From Haliotis rubra (taxonomy: Eukaryota), in contig NW_025765247.1 of NCBI RefSeq assembly GCF_003918875.1, positions 62,001-126,000 on the forward strand: a stretch of 64,000 bases of DNA, written 5' to 3'. A program made the position numbers and the translations under genes. The notes below the pieces were generated by a model. The model made no database searches and was not told the DNA's origin. It saw only the letters and a program-made list of their open reading frames with translations. Positions within the stretch are counted from its first letter, which is position 1, and the number at the start of each line of letters is the position of its first letter. This document shows positions 1-14,080 of this stretch, piece by piece.

Positions 1-123
1 GGTAAACCCTAGGTCATGGGGGAGGAGCTCTCAGACCAGCATCTTGAGCTGCGACTGACAATTAACCCCATGGCACTGGGGAACCATTGCGGGTGGCGGA
101 CGACATGTAGTAATATGTCCACA

Positions 124-360
124 CCCGTGAAGATGCGAGTTAGAAGTAGTCTATAGCAACCAATGCTTGTCGAAAGAGACGACTAACCGGGTGGGGTGGT
201 CAGGCTCACTGATTTGGTTGATGCGGGTCATTGTATCCCAAGGGCGTGGATCGATGTCCATTATGTCAATCACTGGATTGTCTGGTTCAGACTCGATTAT
301 TTACAGACCTCGATCGTATAGCTGGAACAGTGCTGAGGTTGACGTTGAACAACAAACAAA
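124..360 (+). mobile_element. SINE-like family C (non-tRNA structured head)
   Basis: cccgtgaagat...cttgtcg..agagacgactaac...ggattgtctgg..cagactcgattatttacagacc. Confidence 0.8.
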
Positions 361-740
361 CATACAAAGAAATACATGATGACATGCGAACATCCCCCAC
401 CCCATCCCTCCACCCTCCACATGGGTTTTGCCCAAATTCTTTGTACTCGTCTCAAACACATTTGTTCAACATATCCCGGATTACCAAGTATACGTGCAAA
501 AACATTATCATTGGATCCTAGGCTGACATTTTCACGAATAATATGTGATATTAGCTGACATGGTCATGTTTTTTTTCTAGGTTCAAGGTCTAATGAGGAA
601 ATTGGAAACGTTTTGAAGGCCAAGGTGACAGTTGTCAAAGGGGATATCACCAAACAACTTGTGAGTATTTGTAACTTGATTCCAGGTTCGGTTTCAATCA
701 ACACACTGCTACAGCATGGAACATGATGCAGTTCTTTCAG

Positions 741-958
741 GTGGTTGGTTTGCTGCTTCATGCCGAACAGCAATATTCCTGCTATATGTCGGCGGTCTGT
801 AAATAATCGAGTCTGACCAGACAATCCAGTGATCAACAGCAAGAGCATCGATCTACGATGTCAACCAAGTAAGTGAGCCTGTCCACCCGATCCTGTTAGT
901 CGCCTGTAAGACAAGCATGGGTTGCTGAAGACCAATTCTAATACCGGATCTTCACGGG
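741..958 (-). mobile_element. SINE-like family C
   Basis: Reverse complement, ends ggatcttcacggg. Confidence 0.85.
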
Positions 959-2140
959 CGTGAAATTCTGTTAACATTCCATGCTGTTGTACGTTTCGCA
1001 GTTCTTGCTGCAAAATATAATCTGATATTTGCTTTGATACGGTTAACCCAGTCAACCGAGGGGCCATGATTCACTCTGCGGGATGACTTTTTTAAGACAG
1101 TCAGGCATATCGTGAGTTCGAATTCCAGATTCTCAGTATTTTAGCACCGTCTTAAATGACTAAACATAATCGCACATCCTTTACGACATTCCTTCCACAT
1201 CTAGCAGAATGGAAATATTGTTCAAAGCGACAAAACACCCATGATGTTTGTTGCTGAAACTGCGATAAGGTGCATCACACGAATAACTCTGTGAGGATTT
1301 CCGGGTACAGCAGATACTGATTGTCGAATGACCCAACGGAATTAACAAGCTTGGTGACTGTCCGTGCATGCATGCTAGTGCCATCATCCCTCGGATCCGT
1401 AAAGATCCGGGTAAGAATCGATCTTCAGCAAATGCAAGCTTGTCGTAAGAGACACCAAGCCTGATCCTCCGATCCCGTTAGTTGTGTCTAACGTCAAGCA
1501 TTGGTTGCTGAAGACTGAACCGGCTGTTGAGAAACACCCAACTTATTTTCCCTCTGTCGGGAATAAAACTCAACTAAGATAGATGTTGTAGGTACTATGA
1601 CGTGGTAAGTTTAAGACACCTTAACAATGCCTCTTAGGCAGTCGTAGGTTTAGTCGTAAGTCGCTAATGCTAATACAGCTCCGAGAACTAACCTCTACTT
1701 ATGTCATTTGTGTCCAGGTGGATGTGATCGTGACGTCCGCCAGTAAGAACCCTACATATAAGGATGGAACACTAATAAAAGCAGTATCGGTGGCGGCAGG
1801 TGCCGGCCTTCAGAAGGAATACAAGAAGAAGGTTTCTAAAGGCGTGGCATACGGGCAACTTACTGTGACGTCAGGCGGAAATCTTAGGTGCAAAAGTGTC
1901 TTCAATTGCTGTCTTCCTGCCTGGGACACGGTGAAGGGGAACATTAAGGTAAGCTGAGTTTGGGCCTTTTGACCAGAAAACTGTCAACGTTTCACAGTAT
2001 CCATACGGTTCTCTAACCTTTCGTAAATTAATGTCTGGGAGTTATGATAGTGCAAAAGTCGCTTCATGGAACGGGCGCTAGAAAGATAATATTACCAACT
2101 GTGCGTCGTATATGCAACAGAATTTGAGGTGTGGATTTCA

Positions 2141-3105
2141 ATTTTGGATAAAGGTTATTCATGTGTTCATAATACACCTGGATACAAGTTATTCACATGT
2201 GGAAAGTGCACCTGGATACAAGTTATTCATGTGTGGATAGTACACCTGGATACAAGTTATTCATATGTGGATAGCTAGTGCACCTGGATACAAGTTATTT
2301 ATGTGTGCATAATACACGTGGATACACGTTGTTCATGTGTTCATAATACACCTGGATACAAGTTATTCATGTGTGGATAGTGCACCTGGATGCAAGTTAT
2401 TCATATGTTCATAATACACCTGGATACAAGTTATTCATGTGTGCATAATACACGTGGATACACGTTATTCATGTGTTCATAATACACCTGGATACAACTT
2501 ATTCATGTGTGGATAGTGCACCTGGATACAAGTTATTCACATGTGGATAGTGCACCTGGATACAAGTTATTCATGTGTGGATAGTACACCTGGATACAAG
2601 TTATTCATATGTGGATAGCTAGTGCACCTGGATACATGTTATTTATGTGTGCATAATACACGTGGATACACGTTATTCATGTGTTCATCATACACCTGGA
2701 TACAAGTTATTCATGTGTGGATAGTGCACCTGGATACAGGTTATTCATGTGTTCATAATACACCTGGATACAAGTTATTCATGTGTGGATAGTGCACCTG
2801 GATACAAGTTATTCATGTGTAGATAGTGCACCTGGATACAAGTTATTCCTGTGTTCATAATACATCTGGATACAAGTTATTCATGTGTGGATAGTGCAGC
2901 TTGATACAAGTTATTCATATGTTCATAATACACCTGGATACAAGTTATTCAGATGTGGATAGTACATCTGGATACAACTTATTCATGTGTTCATAATACA
3001 CCTGGATACAAGTTTTTCATTTACGAATAATACACCTGGATACACGTTACTGAGATGTGGATAGTACATATTGCTATGCAAATTATTCAGATGTGCATAG
3101 TACAC
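2141..3105. repeat. 34-bp minisatellite (about 28 copies)
   Basis: Unit cacctggatacaagttattcatgtgtggatagtg. Confidence 0.95.
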
Positions 3106-3220
3106 TTAAAAACATATTTTGCAGTCAAGGTGAAAAGAGGTGAAATGAATGTGGTGAGATCAGGTCAAATGAGTTGGGTGGAATGGAATGTGAATACATG
3201 TGACTTAGGTGAGATACATA

Positions 3221-4135
3221 CGAGGGTCGGTCAAAAAGTACGTAGCCTAACTATATTCTCAATGTCCAATGTTTGAAAAGCTTCCATTTTAGTTTGTAGG
3301 AATCATTAGCAAAGTCGTATAAAAAATTTCACATATGTGGGTAATGTGATTAACGAGATATTAGTCATCACAACACATTGGGGTATAATATTTCTAGAAA
3401 AAATGCAGAAAATGAAAAACGATCCGTCATTTAGTACCTCTTGGATAATGGTATGCCGTAGATAATGTCGTATAAAATATGTTAGTATAGTATTGGATGA
3501 CTTCCCGTCATAATCAACATTCAAAGATTTGGATTGCTTGATTTATGTTTAGACAGGGCTGTTTTTTTAAGGACACACCCATTTTAGTCTTTCAAAAACA
3601 TTGTGTCTAGATATTCAAGCTGGCCCTGTTTACAATATACAGAGAGTTGACACTTGTGTGACCATTCAGTATTTACTTTGAACCTTTAGCATCATGTGTG
3701 AAAAAGTCAAAACATTAGAATAAGTTATGTCCTTATGAAATCGTCGTCTGAACGGGGGTGGGTAGTGTCTCCAAAACAAGCTGTTTCAGTAAACATGAAA
3801 GGGGAATCACTTTAACAAGCGATTGTACTTTCAAATTGCTTTTTTATCCACTTTAATATCTAAGTTTGATTCTAGCGGACGTCTACCTATCTCAAACACA
3901 CAAAATGTTTCTTGCATATTTTGTTACCTGAAGTTTGTGGTGCATTTATTCCAGATTTTGCGCTTTTTGGGGGTACCAAGATAAAATTTCAAACAAAATG
4001 GGGATCGTAAGGCTGAAACGTAGCAAAACCAATTTGCTTGAGGTTGACAGATAATATGTAGAAAAATAAAACATAAGAACAGCTGCATTTGTATCATTTA
4101 CTAGGTCAGGCTCACTACTTTTTGACTGTCCCTCG
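3221..4135. mobile_element. Mariner-type non-autonomous element (MITE)
   Basis: TIRs cgagggtcggtcaaaaagta and tactttttgactgtccctcg with TA on both sides; no ORF. Confidence 0.8.
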
Positions 4136-4490
4136 TATAAGAGAAAAGGACTGCAATTTATGTATTTGAAACGCGTGTTTTCAAACCCGTCAATGTATGA
4201 GTATGTGGCAAAGGTGTCCTTTCAGTTGTATATTGAATGGAAAAAAAACTGACGTCGATTGTAGACGATTGCAAATTTGTTGAAATGTTATCTAGACATG
4301 AATAGATTCAGGGCGACTCCAACCCGCAATCAATGGTTTCCGGAAAAGCTTAGGAATGCAAGAGATGAGTTTTATGAAAGTCGTACAGCCAGGTGAATCC
4401 GCGCCTCAATTCACCGTCATCCCTGTTATCAGTGAGTGGTAGAACCACCATGCTGGTAGAATAACAACACTTACTGTTTCATACCAAATA

Positions 4491-5476
4491 CACTCTTCAA
4501 AAAAGAAAGAAAAAAGAAACGTATAAGCCATTTATTTTAAGTTTAAGAGCAATTATTTCGGTCCACAGTCGGAATTATGTGACGTGCAAGGACTTCGTTG
4601 ATGTACCGATTTGCTGTCAAATTCACATGACCCACCACTAAATCAGATCTTTGTGTGCTGGATATCGCTCCTCACACCATGATACTTTCTCCACCGAATC
4701 TGTCGACCTGTCGAATGCAATTAGGGGCAAAACGTTCATCGGTAAACACGCCGGTGAAGAAGAAATCGTGATTCATCACTGAGCCAGACTCCAGTTTCTA
4801 AGGTTCCAGTTCCGGACTTTACGATACCACTACAAGCGATTGCGTCGATGGAAGTCTCTCAAAACAGGGGCGACAACTGGCCTTCTTGGTCGAATCCCCA
4901 CTTTATGCAATCGATTTCTGACAGTTTGGTGGGAAATTCTTCTCAAACCAGGGATGCGTTGTGCAGTCTCCACGGCTGTGACAAGACGATGACGCAAGTG
5001 AGCAGCCCGGATTTTGCGGTCCTGGACTTGGGTGGTGACTCTTAGTAGGTCACAGGCAAGATATGGTGCTCTGATGAACGTTGAAATGTCGGGCAATTGC
5101 AGACTGCGACTCCCCAGCTTCATGTTGATGTTTCGATTGGCGGTATTCAGATGAGGCAGGATGATTTCCTCTTTTCCAGGAAAAACGAATGACAAACTTA
5201 AACACACCGTTTGCCTTTTTATAGTGGTCAATACCGCATGTTTTTCCGCTTACTTGCACGTGCAGTTTGCTTTGCATGTTTTCATGGTGACGTTTTGGCG
5301 AATATTTCTTCAAACGCTTCTAAAACAAGGGGAAAAAGTCAACATTGCCGCGTTTTGGCGCTGTTTACAAAGATGACGTTTTCACTCAAAGATGACGTTT
5401 TTGGAAAGAAAGAGTATATTTGTATTGTTTTTTCCGCAGCTACACGAGTCCAAATTTCTTTTTTATTTGAAGAGTA
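4491..5476 (-). mobile_element. Internally deleted Tc1-family transposon
   Basis: TIRs cactcttcaaaaaagaaa and tttcttttttatttgaagagta flanked by TA. Remnants RISHQTVRNRLHKVGIRPRRP, QSAIARHFNVHQSTIS, RQVDRFGG. Confidence 0.85.
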
Positions 5477-5974
5477 TAGTTGCATTTTCACAACAAAGGC
5501 ATGCACTACTTTCTTCTATAGGAGGTTTAGACAAGGAGCCTCTCTACCAACATGCTTCTTCAAATGTGTTTTTTTACCTGTAGGTCTTCCAGAAAGCAGT
5601 TTTGTCTTGCCTTGAAACGGCCAACGTCTCCAACTACACTAGCATAGCGTTCCCGACGATGGGTTGCGGTCGACTCGGATACCCTCCTCATTTAGCTGCC
5701 AAAGCTCTGTTCGATGCATTCTCCTTGTTTGAAAGGACAACCAAGAGTGGCTTACAGGAAATAAATATCCTGGTCTACGGCACAGAAGAAAAGATATATA
5801 AGGTACTAGTGAGACATAACCGTCTGTCTTGGAGACATTGCAGTTGGTGGTGGAACATTAAGAATAATTGATTAGGCTTAACACTGCTGTGAAGTTATAT
5901 CTCGATAATGTCAGAGCTAACATTTTAATGTAAGACTAAAGCAGAAAGAAACATCCTACTGCCGCGAATATCAT

Positions 5975-6103
5975 TACTACTACCACAATAACAACTACCA
6001 CAACAACAACTGCTACGACGACTACCACCACCACCACCACCACCACCACTACTACTACTACCACCACCACCACCACCACCACTACCACCACAACCACCAC
6101 CAC
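5975..6103. repeat. (ACC/ACT/ACA)n microsatellite running into an assembly gap
   Basis: Direct reading. Confidence 0.9.
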
Positions 6104-6999
6104 NNNNNNNNNNNNNNNNNNNNNNNNNNNNNNNNNNNNNNNNNNNNNNNNNNNNNNNNNNNNNNNNNNNNNNNNNNNNNNNNNNNNNNNNNNNNNNNNN
6201 NNNNNNNNNNNNNNNNNNNNNNNNNNNNNNNNNNNNNNNNNNNNNNNNNNNNNNNNNNNNNNNNNNNNNNNNNNNNNNNNNNNNNNNNNNNNNNNNNNNN
6301 NNNNNNNNNNNNNNNNNNNNNNNNNNNNNNNNNNNNNNNNNNNNNNNNNNNNNNNNNNNNNNNNNNNNNNNNNNNNNNNNNNNNNNNNNNNNNNNNNNNN
6401 NNNNNNNNNNNNNNNNNNNNNNNNNNNNNNNNNNNNNNNNNNNNNNNNNNNNNNNNNCNNNNNNNNNNNNNNNNNNNNNNNNNNNNNNNNNNNNNNNNNN
6501 NNNNNNNNNNNNNNNNNNNNNNNNNNNNNNNNNNNNNNNNNNNNNNNNNNNNNNNNNNNNNNNNNNNNNNNNNNNNNNNNNNNNNNNNNNNNNNNNNNNN
6601 NNNNNNNNNNNNNNNNNNNNNNNNNNNNNNNNNNNNNNNNNNNNNNNNNNNNNNNNNNNNNNNNNNNNNNNNNNNNNNNNNNNNNNNNNNNNNNNNNNNN
6701 NNNNNNNNNNNNNNNNNNNNNNNNNNNNNNNNNNNNNNNNNNNNNNNNNNNNNNNNNNNNNNNNNNNNNNNNNNNNNNNNNNNNNNNNNNNNNNNNNNNN
6801 NNNNNNNNNNNNNNNNNNNNNNNNNNNNNNNNNNNNNNNNNNNNNNNNNNNNNNNNNNNNNNNNNNNNNNNNNNNNNNNNNNNNNNNNNNNNNNNNNNNN
6901 NNNNNNNNNNNNNNNNNNNNNNNNNNNNNNNNNNNNNNNNNNNNNNNNNNNNNNNNNNNNNNNNNNNNNNNNNNNNNNNNNNNNNNNNNNNNNNNNNNN
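6104..6999. other. Assembly gap (N run)
   Basis: N bases. Confidence 1.
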
Positions 7000-8333
7000 A
7001 TAGTAACAATAGCAGCAGTGGTATTAGTTGGTAGAAGTTAACGTTTTAAGTTTTCAGTATAAAGTGCAATAATAAAACTGAAGGAGTTGTCGTTAGTTAT
7101 TGTGCAAATAATTAGTAAATCTTCTTGTGTGAACGTTTTAACGACACATTTTGTTGGTTTCAGATATTTGAGAATGAGAGAAACAACAGGCTCCTTGGAA
7201 CAGTTAAACGGTCGAAGGGTAGGACTCAATGATACTATTTCGATTCGAAATGCCTGTGTACTTATTTGGTCCAGATTTCTGTTTGTTTGAAAAGGATCAC
7301 ATGTTTGTACGCGTGACTCACGGAGAGGGTTACTATAGGGCCTGTAAGTCTCGCGATGTGCTACTGCCGGTACTAAGCTGATTCCCGGCTCAATTGGCGT
7401 GCTTGGCTGTCACAGCTGTTCACAGTCGTAATAGTTGGCTAATTTAGGGATAGTTAGATCGGAAATTTGTTATTCCTGCAAGGATTATTGGTTCCTTACA
7501 GTCAACTGACAACCATGAGACCATTCGAAAGGATATGAAACGTTGTTTGTCACCGAAAGTACTAAGGTCTCGGGAAGTGTCGTGACCTACTTACGGGCCC
7601 GATACACTACCGGGAAATGAGAACGTGCTCGTGTTTGAGGCGGCTAAAAATGAAATAAACAAAATACATGTACTGTTATTACATTGCAATGTATTTAATA
7701 CAGGCATAATACTTGTGTTTATGGACCGTAAGTTAAGTGTTTCGGCGATGTTTCAGCCAATAAATATAAACGAAAATACACACCCACAAGAAATCTCCAC
7801 TAAAAGGTTGCCCAACTCCGTTAATTGAGTACAATTGTTAGTTTCGCTCCCTTTAATTACACAAAAACAAACGTGTGAAACAGTAGCAAACGTATATGTT
7901 GGCCATTGTACAATTCCGACCTCATCATAAGCATGTGTTTAAGAATCTCTATCAAAACAGTGATGATATCAGGTGTTCGCGTAAAGTTCAGCGTATTCTG
8001 CCCCATCGGTGGCACCCATGCATCATACACACACGCAAAGGCTAGTCAATTGTTCAGCTGAAAACGTATGGTATTATATTTGTTATTGCTGCGTCAAATT
8101 TCCTCCACCTGTCTACTGTACAACTTTAACGTTTTGGGAATGTTTGAAGCTTTCTATACAACATTGATTGAAGTGTATACTTTCAGTTTATGTATACAGC
8201 CCGTACTTATCAGTATATTAGAGACTTATGTAGATGTCTGTATTCAGATGTTGGTGATGGAGATGTCACGGGTGTCGAGATTACAGTCAAAGTCGGCGAG
8301 CTGTCCAAAACCATGGTATGTTCTCTCTGTTAA

Positions 8334-8499
8334 GGGGCGGTGGGGTAGCTGAGTGGTTAAAGGGTCCGATCGTCGCGCCGAAGACCCGGGATCGATTCCC
8401 CACATGGGTTCAATGTGTGAAGCTTGGCGGGTGTCCCCCGCCGTGATATTGCTGAAATATTGCTAAATGCGGCGTAAACCTATACTCACTCACTCACTC
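8334..8499 (+). mobile_element. tRNA-derived SINE, family A
   Basis: Pol III A/B-box head, shared body cacatgggtacaatgtgtgaagccc, tail gcggcgtaaa(c)...(CACT)n. Confidence 0.85.
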
Positions 8500-8687
8500 G
8501 GTGTGTGTTAAACTTACAATATTAGTTAATATTTTGCAGCTGACCAGTCATTGTTGTATTCCCTAGTTGGGCAGCAGCAAGTCCCATGTATTTTGTTACC
8601 ACACAGACGGGATTCGAACTACCGACCTACCGCTCTTGGACAGGCACATATCTACTCATCCTCTATATAGCCCTATGCAGAAGAATA

Positions 8688-8853
8688 AGTGAGTGAGTGA
8701 GTTCAGTTTTACGCCGCTTTTAGCAATATTCGAGCAATATCACGGCGGGGGACACCAAAAATGGGCTTCACACATTGTATCCATGTGGGGAATCAAACCC
8801 TGGTCTTCGGCGTGACGAACGAACGCTTTAACCACACTGCTACCTCTCCGCCC
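8688..8853 (-). mobile_element. tRNA-derived SINE, family A
   Basis: Reverse complement of family A; diverged TSD cagaa(g/c)aataa. Confidence 0.88.
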
Positions 8854-8936
8854 TACAGAACAATAAGGATTTAATGTCAATGCATACTGACTGATTCAGG
8901 CATCCCTTCACGAAAATTAATGTCTGAGGGAAAGTA

Positions 8937-9137
8937 CCCGTGAAGATCCGGGTTCGAATTGGTCTTTAGTAATCCATGCTTGTCCTTAGAGGCGACTAAC
9001 GGGATCGGGTGGTCAGGCCTGCTGACTTGGTTGACCCGAAAATAATCGAGTCACCAGGCAATCCAGTGATCAACAGCATGAGCATTGATCTACGTAATTG
9101 GGATACGATGACATGTGTCAACGAGCCTGACCACCGA
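8937..9137. mobile_element. Rearranged family C copy (+ strand head joined to an inverted body); a similar fusion is at about 1397-1516
   Basis: Head on + at 8937-9036, followed by a - strand segment. Confidence 0.7.
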
Positions 9138-9503
9138 TTTTACTCACGGGCTGCGCGACAGACTATGCATAGCAACTGAGTACTGTATTCTCATGGAACA
9201 GGCAGATGTCATAGTGAACACGACCAACAAGGACTTGAGACTCAGCCAGGGAGCGGTTTCCATGGCGATATCTACAGCAGGGGGCCCTACCATACAGAAC
9301 GAGTGCAACAGCCGTTACCGCAAGGGCATCAAATTCGGCGATGTCGTGGACACAGGGGGAGGTAATCTACGCTGCAAGAAGGTGTACCACACATGCCTCC
9401 CAAAGTGGGAGGATTCAAGCGATGCTTTACAGGTGGGCCCTCAGTAATGACCTGATGTAGTCAACAGGCCGTTTGCTGTAACATCGTAACGATGATATAC
9501 ATA

Positions 9504-9546
9504 TGTGTGCGTGCGTGCGTGTGTGCGTGCGTGCGTGCGTGTGTGT
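9504..9546. repeat. (GTGC)n/(GT)n microsatellite
   Basis: Direct reading. Confidence 0.9.
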
Positions 9547-10456
9547 CCGTGTCCGAATAGCAACAAGTTGTATGAAAGATATTTATTTGTCGACACCATA
9601 ATTAGACGTTGACATAACTTAACCTATGGTTAGAGATGCCCGTATTATTGCTTTTCGGATAATTATAATGCAGACAACGGTATGTGCTCTATATCTCTTT
9701 ACTATACAGTACAATACAGAGATTCAAAGATGAGTTGAAAATGTTTACATTTTACGTTTATGATTATTGCAAATTGGATGGGGAGGACTCTTTTTACAGT
9801 TTCAAAAACAACAACTCCACACACAATAATTGGCGGACCTTTCTGAACGGAAAATGGAGCACTTATTACAGAAAAGTGTCCACCATTTCAACCATCTTAA
9901 AGGACTTAAGTCGAAAATATGGTCAATTGTCAACAAGAACTTGCAATTCTGAAGTTGGTATCTTTGCGACTGTTGAAGGATTGTTTATACCTCATGGCAA
10001 TGTCTGAGATTGTGGTGACGAGTTGGTATGGAAAAATAAAAACAACTTTCATGCCATATATTTCTTTTTAGATGTATATTTATTTTGCATTTCATTGTTA
10101 CTATTTCGCAGCAAGCGGACATCAGTGTACATTCTTTCAAACATATAAACGTGCACTTCATATTCAGTATTCTTTAAGAACTTGGATACACCGATGGAAT
10201 CAGTGTTTAGACGCGGGTTCCGATACCTGATCAGGATGCTAACAAATTACTTTTTTCTTATGTAACCACTGAGGATCTAATCAGTATCCCAGAACATCTG
10301 TCTACTGAGCAGTTACAGTCACTGTGGTTATCAATATCCTTTCACTTCGAAACTTGTTTATGACTGAAAGTTTCTTTCATTTTTAACACGGGTCACAATC
10401 AAAACACGCCAGTGTAGTCTGTACTCACGGTAAAAATAGAAAGATCTTTGAAATGA

Positions 10457-11087
10457 TTTAAACAAATTTTATTCATCATGAGTAATGAAAATGATTGGCA
10501 AACAAGCCAAAGGCTTATCTTAATGCCGCCCCAATACAACAGCATTGATTATGTACATATGTATGACAGTTCAACAGTAAATAATTAAGTGACATTGAAT
10601 CTGATGAATGAAATAAAGGTTTACAGTAGGTTTACAGTTATGTATTACATTGTGTTTCAGTACATTACTTCTTAAACTTATTTATTATTATATATTTTTC
10701 GATAAAACAATGAACAGATTTAACAATTTGCAAATTTTAAATTTCCGATGATTGAATATTTCCACATAGTACTGATTTGAGATTGTATCCATTTCTATGA
10801 AAATGGATATCATTTCTTAAATTGTCATAATTTGGACACAGGAAGAAATAGTGTAAATTATCTTCACAAAATGCACCACAGGACCAAGATGGGTCATTAG
10901 ATATAAAACGATTAACTTTGTGCGAGTTTAGATCACTACATCCTAATCGAAGTCTACAGTGCATAATTTGATAGAATCTGCTTCCAGAATTTGGATCATA
11001 GGCAAATTAATACCTGGGTTGTGTGAGATTTTATTTGTGAAAGATTTAGGAGATTGTATTTGTTTAATATCAAGAAAGAATTTGATT
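10457..11087 (-). mobile_element. 5'-truncated LINE 3' end (CR1-group-like C-terminal Cys/His domain)
   Basis: HCRLRLGCSDLNSH...SCGAFCEDNLHYFFLCPNYDNLR; 3' end aataaaatttgtttaaa; diverged TSD-like aagatct..gaaat.a on both flanks. Confidence 0.75.
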
Positions 11088-11822
11088 AAGATCTAAGAAA
11101 TCACCAATGGAGAGTATTATTCTTAGTAGAAACATAACAGTTGCTTTAAACCTCTGCTTTCAGTTTTTGATAAAGACTGTGGACGCGTGTTTACAACGAG
11201 CACCTTCCAGAGGCTACGGGACCATCGCTTTCCCGGCCCTCGGGACCGGCATACTACAGTACCCACCCGAGACAGTAGCCCGGGTGTTCAAAGAGAGAAT
11301 AGCCGCTTTCTCCACAGATAACCCACTGACGTGTCTGAGGGAAGTGATCATTGTATTGTATCACAAGGATGCGAAAACAACAAAGGCTTGTATATTTTAC
11401 ACGTCTAAGTGATACAGCCAAAGCTGGTCAAATCGTCGTTCTGGGGCCATTATAACTATAATTCGTAGTTCGAGATAAGCAGGGCAGTGATCCACATATA
11501 CTCCTACAGCCCTAGGGATCATAAACTTGCAGTGTCGAATTACCCCTCTTTCGAGACAAGTGGAGTTTTTATATTAGTTTGGAAAGATAATACAATTTGT
11601 TCAAAAAGAATTAAGTTGCATAATGAAAAAATAATAAAATAAAAAACTCACATAACTTTCAATGTCAAAGGATAAATTACTGTGTGTTTCGACAGTCTCA
11701 AAGTCATTTTCGGAATTAGAAAACTATGAAGACACTGTACACCTTCGACCTTACTGTCTCGCGGGAAGCCTATAGGCTACCATTCGGAAAGTAAAAGAAC
11801 ATTCTGCTTTGGTAACGATGTA

Positions 11823-13313
11823 TACTGAGTCAAAAAAGAAACTTCACATTCTTTCTTAAGGGCAATTAAAAAAAACAAGAGATGGTAAGATGGTTAAATT
11901 GTTACTATTTCATTGCTGAGATCTGTGTGACACTGACAGTGCCATAATCAGTTCCATTAGGCTACACCGCCGTTCCAAAACATGGGTATACAGAATGTCA
12001 AGTCACAAGAATAAAAATGCGAAATTTCTCAGTTCAATATCGTGTATGGCTGCCCCGCGCATTCACCACTGCCAAACACCGTCTCCTCATCGACTGCCTG
12101 ATGCTTGTGGACACGTGGTTGGGGATTCTGCGCCATTGCTCTTGCAAGGCAGCGGCAAGTTCCTGCAAATTCTGAGGTTGGTTCCTAAGACCACGAAGCC
12201 TTCTCCTAAGTGCATCCGAAACGTGCTCTATTGGATTAAGGTCAGGGGACCTCGATGGCCAGTCCATGACGTTGATTCCAGCGTTTTGAAGGAAATTTCG
12301 TGTCCACATCGAGGTATGCGGCCGAGCATTATCATGCTGGAACTGTACACCTGGACCATGAGCCGCTATGAAAAGAACGAGTTCAGGGGTGAGCACCTGG
12401 TCGCGGCAAGCAGCAGCTGTCAGGTTTCCACGGATGAACAGAAGTCGGGAACGGTTGTTCCCACAGAAAGCACCCCACACCATGCAACTTCCGCCTCCGA
12501 ATCTGTCGACTTCCTGTACACAACATTGGGCATACCGTTCACGACGTCGTCTCCAGACTCTATGCCCGCTGTCCGCGAATCTGAGGGTAAACCTGGATTC
12601 ATCGCTAAAGACGACTCGATTCCAGTCTCTCTGGGTCCATCGGAGGTGACGTTGGGCCCACAGCAGACGTTGACGTTGATGAAACGGCGTTAATTGGCCC
12701 ACGATATGGACGTCGAGAATGGAGATTGGCAGCCCGCAACCGATTTCGAATGGTCTGTGAGGACAGTCGACCTCTAAACATCTCAGCCCTGGTTCGTGTA
12801 GCCGGCAGAAATATGTAACGTAGGTGACGTAGGACGATTTGACGGTCTTCTGCTCGTGACGTCACACGTGGACGACCCGACCTTGGGCGATCAGAAGTGG
12901 TGCCAGTTTGTTGTAGACGACCTCGCAAGTCATACACAGTACGTCAATAACTGATCTTCCCGCTTGCAACATGCCAACGGCACGTTCACGTTGCACATTT
13001 GACAATCGTGGCATTTCAAGTACCGTTAGAACTGTGGTTTAAAAGTGTTTTTTCAATTCTTGAGGCCAGTGCAAACACGTGCATATGAAGAAAACTTCGA
13101 TGCGAAGATCACGTGATCGACTGCACGTGCAAAACCTGATTTGGCAATAACGTCATTTGCACGAGGAATGGATGGGTTTGAGTGGGTTTTGCTAATGTTT
13201 TCCTAGAGTCGAAAGATAGGGATTCCATTTCGGATACATAGATGTATCATCAGAGAAAAATTATTCATTATTTTTCAAATTACATTTTGTGAAGTTTCTT
13301 TTTTGCCTCAGTT
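11823..13313 (-). mobile_element. Tc1-family (DD34E) transposon, near full length; transposase 13014-12034 frameshifted
   Basis: About 25-bp TIRs (actgagtcaaaaaagaaacttcaca) in TA context. Translation gives MPRLSNVQRERAVGML, DRPRSGRPRVT, VFSDESRF, FQHDNARPH, SPDLNPIEH. Confidence 0.93.
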
Positions 13314-13460
13314 AGTATCATTTTCTGTCATGATGTTTGAGGATTAGATAGATCTGACACAAATATGGACGCTGTGATTTTAACGCAATGACAATGTTAT
13401 CGCAAATGTCACCTCAAGTCAGGTTCTTAGCGGATAGTAACAGCGGATAGTAACAGCATC

Positions 13461-14080
13461 TGGTTCCCGATCCAAGCGTTCCTAGCGTCACGAGCCATCG
13501 CAACTATACAGTTTATCATAGGATTACGAATGACGTAGTGCTACGAACGCTGTGTGGATTGGAACCCTGAAACCTACGCCGACGTCACTTAAATGCATGA
13601 TGGAGTTAATGTTTATAGGGGCGATGGGGTAGCCTGAAGGTTAAAGCGTTTGCTCGTCTCACTGAAAACTAGGTTCGATTCTCCACATGGGTACAATGTG
13701 TGAAGCCCATTTCTGGTGTCCCCCACCGTGATATTGCTGGAATATTGCTAAAGGCGGCGTAAAACCATACTCACTTATGTTTAACGTTTGTTTTACAGGC
13801 TTTCAATGAAGCGTTCGACAGCGACCCGAGTATGATCAGAGAACCAACGACCATGGATAGGACGAACAGTGAAGGTACCAAGTCAGCACAAAGACTAATA
13901 CCTGGTTATCAAACCAGCTTCAACTGATAAATATGCCTATAAATATTTGTTATCTGCAGTGTGATTGTACAGACTTTGGTCCCGCTCCACAAGGCGTTCG
14001 TAGCGTGGCGACATTCCTAAGCCTACGATAAACTATAGTTACGACAGGTCGTAACGTTACGAACGCTTTGTGGGACCCAG
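13461..14080. mobile_element. Two related ~105-bp palindromic MITE-like elements (13461-13567, 13978-14080) flanking exon 13799-13874
   Basis: Each is self-complementary (gcgttc(c/g)tagc ... tacgaacgc), and the two resemble each other. Confidence 0.5.
13618..13775 (+). mobile_element. tRNA-derived SINE, family A
   Basis: Matches family A consensus. Confidence 0.88.

Noticed and set aside
905-958. Hammerhead ribozyme suggested by CTGAAGA in the antisense of the family C head
   Set aside because: The required GAAA after stem II and the NUH cleavage context are absent.
5936-7009. 357-aa poly-Val/X ORF, and the X-containing ORFs at 50078-50521
   Set aside because: Artefacts of microsatellite and N gaps.
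9684-10007. 107-aa intronic ORF
   Set aside because: No recognisable motif; probably a decayed repeat.
11995-12693. 232-aa + strand ORF
   Set aside because: Antisense shadow of the Tc1 transposase.
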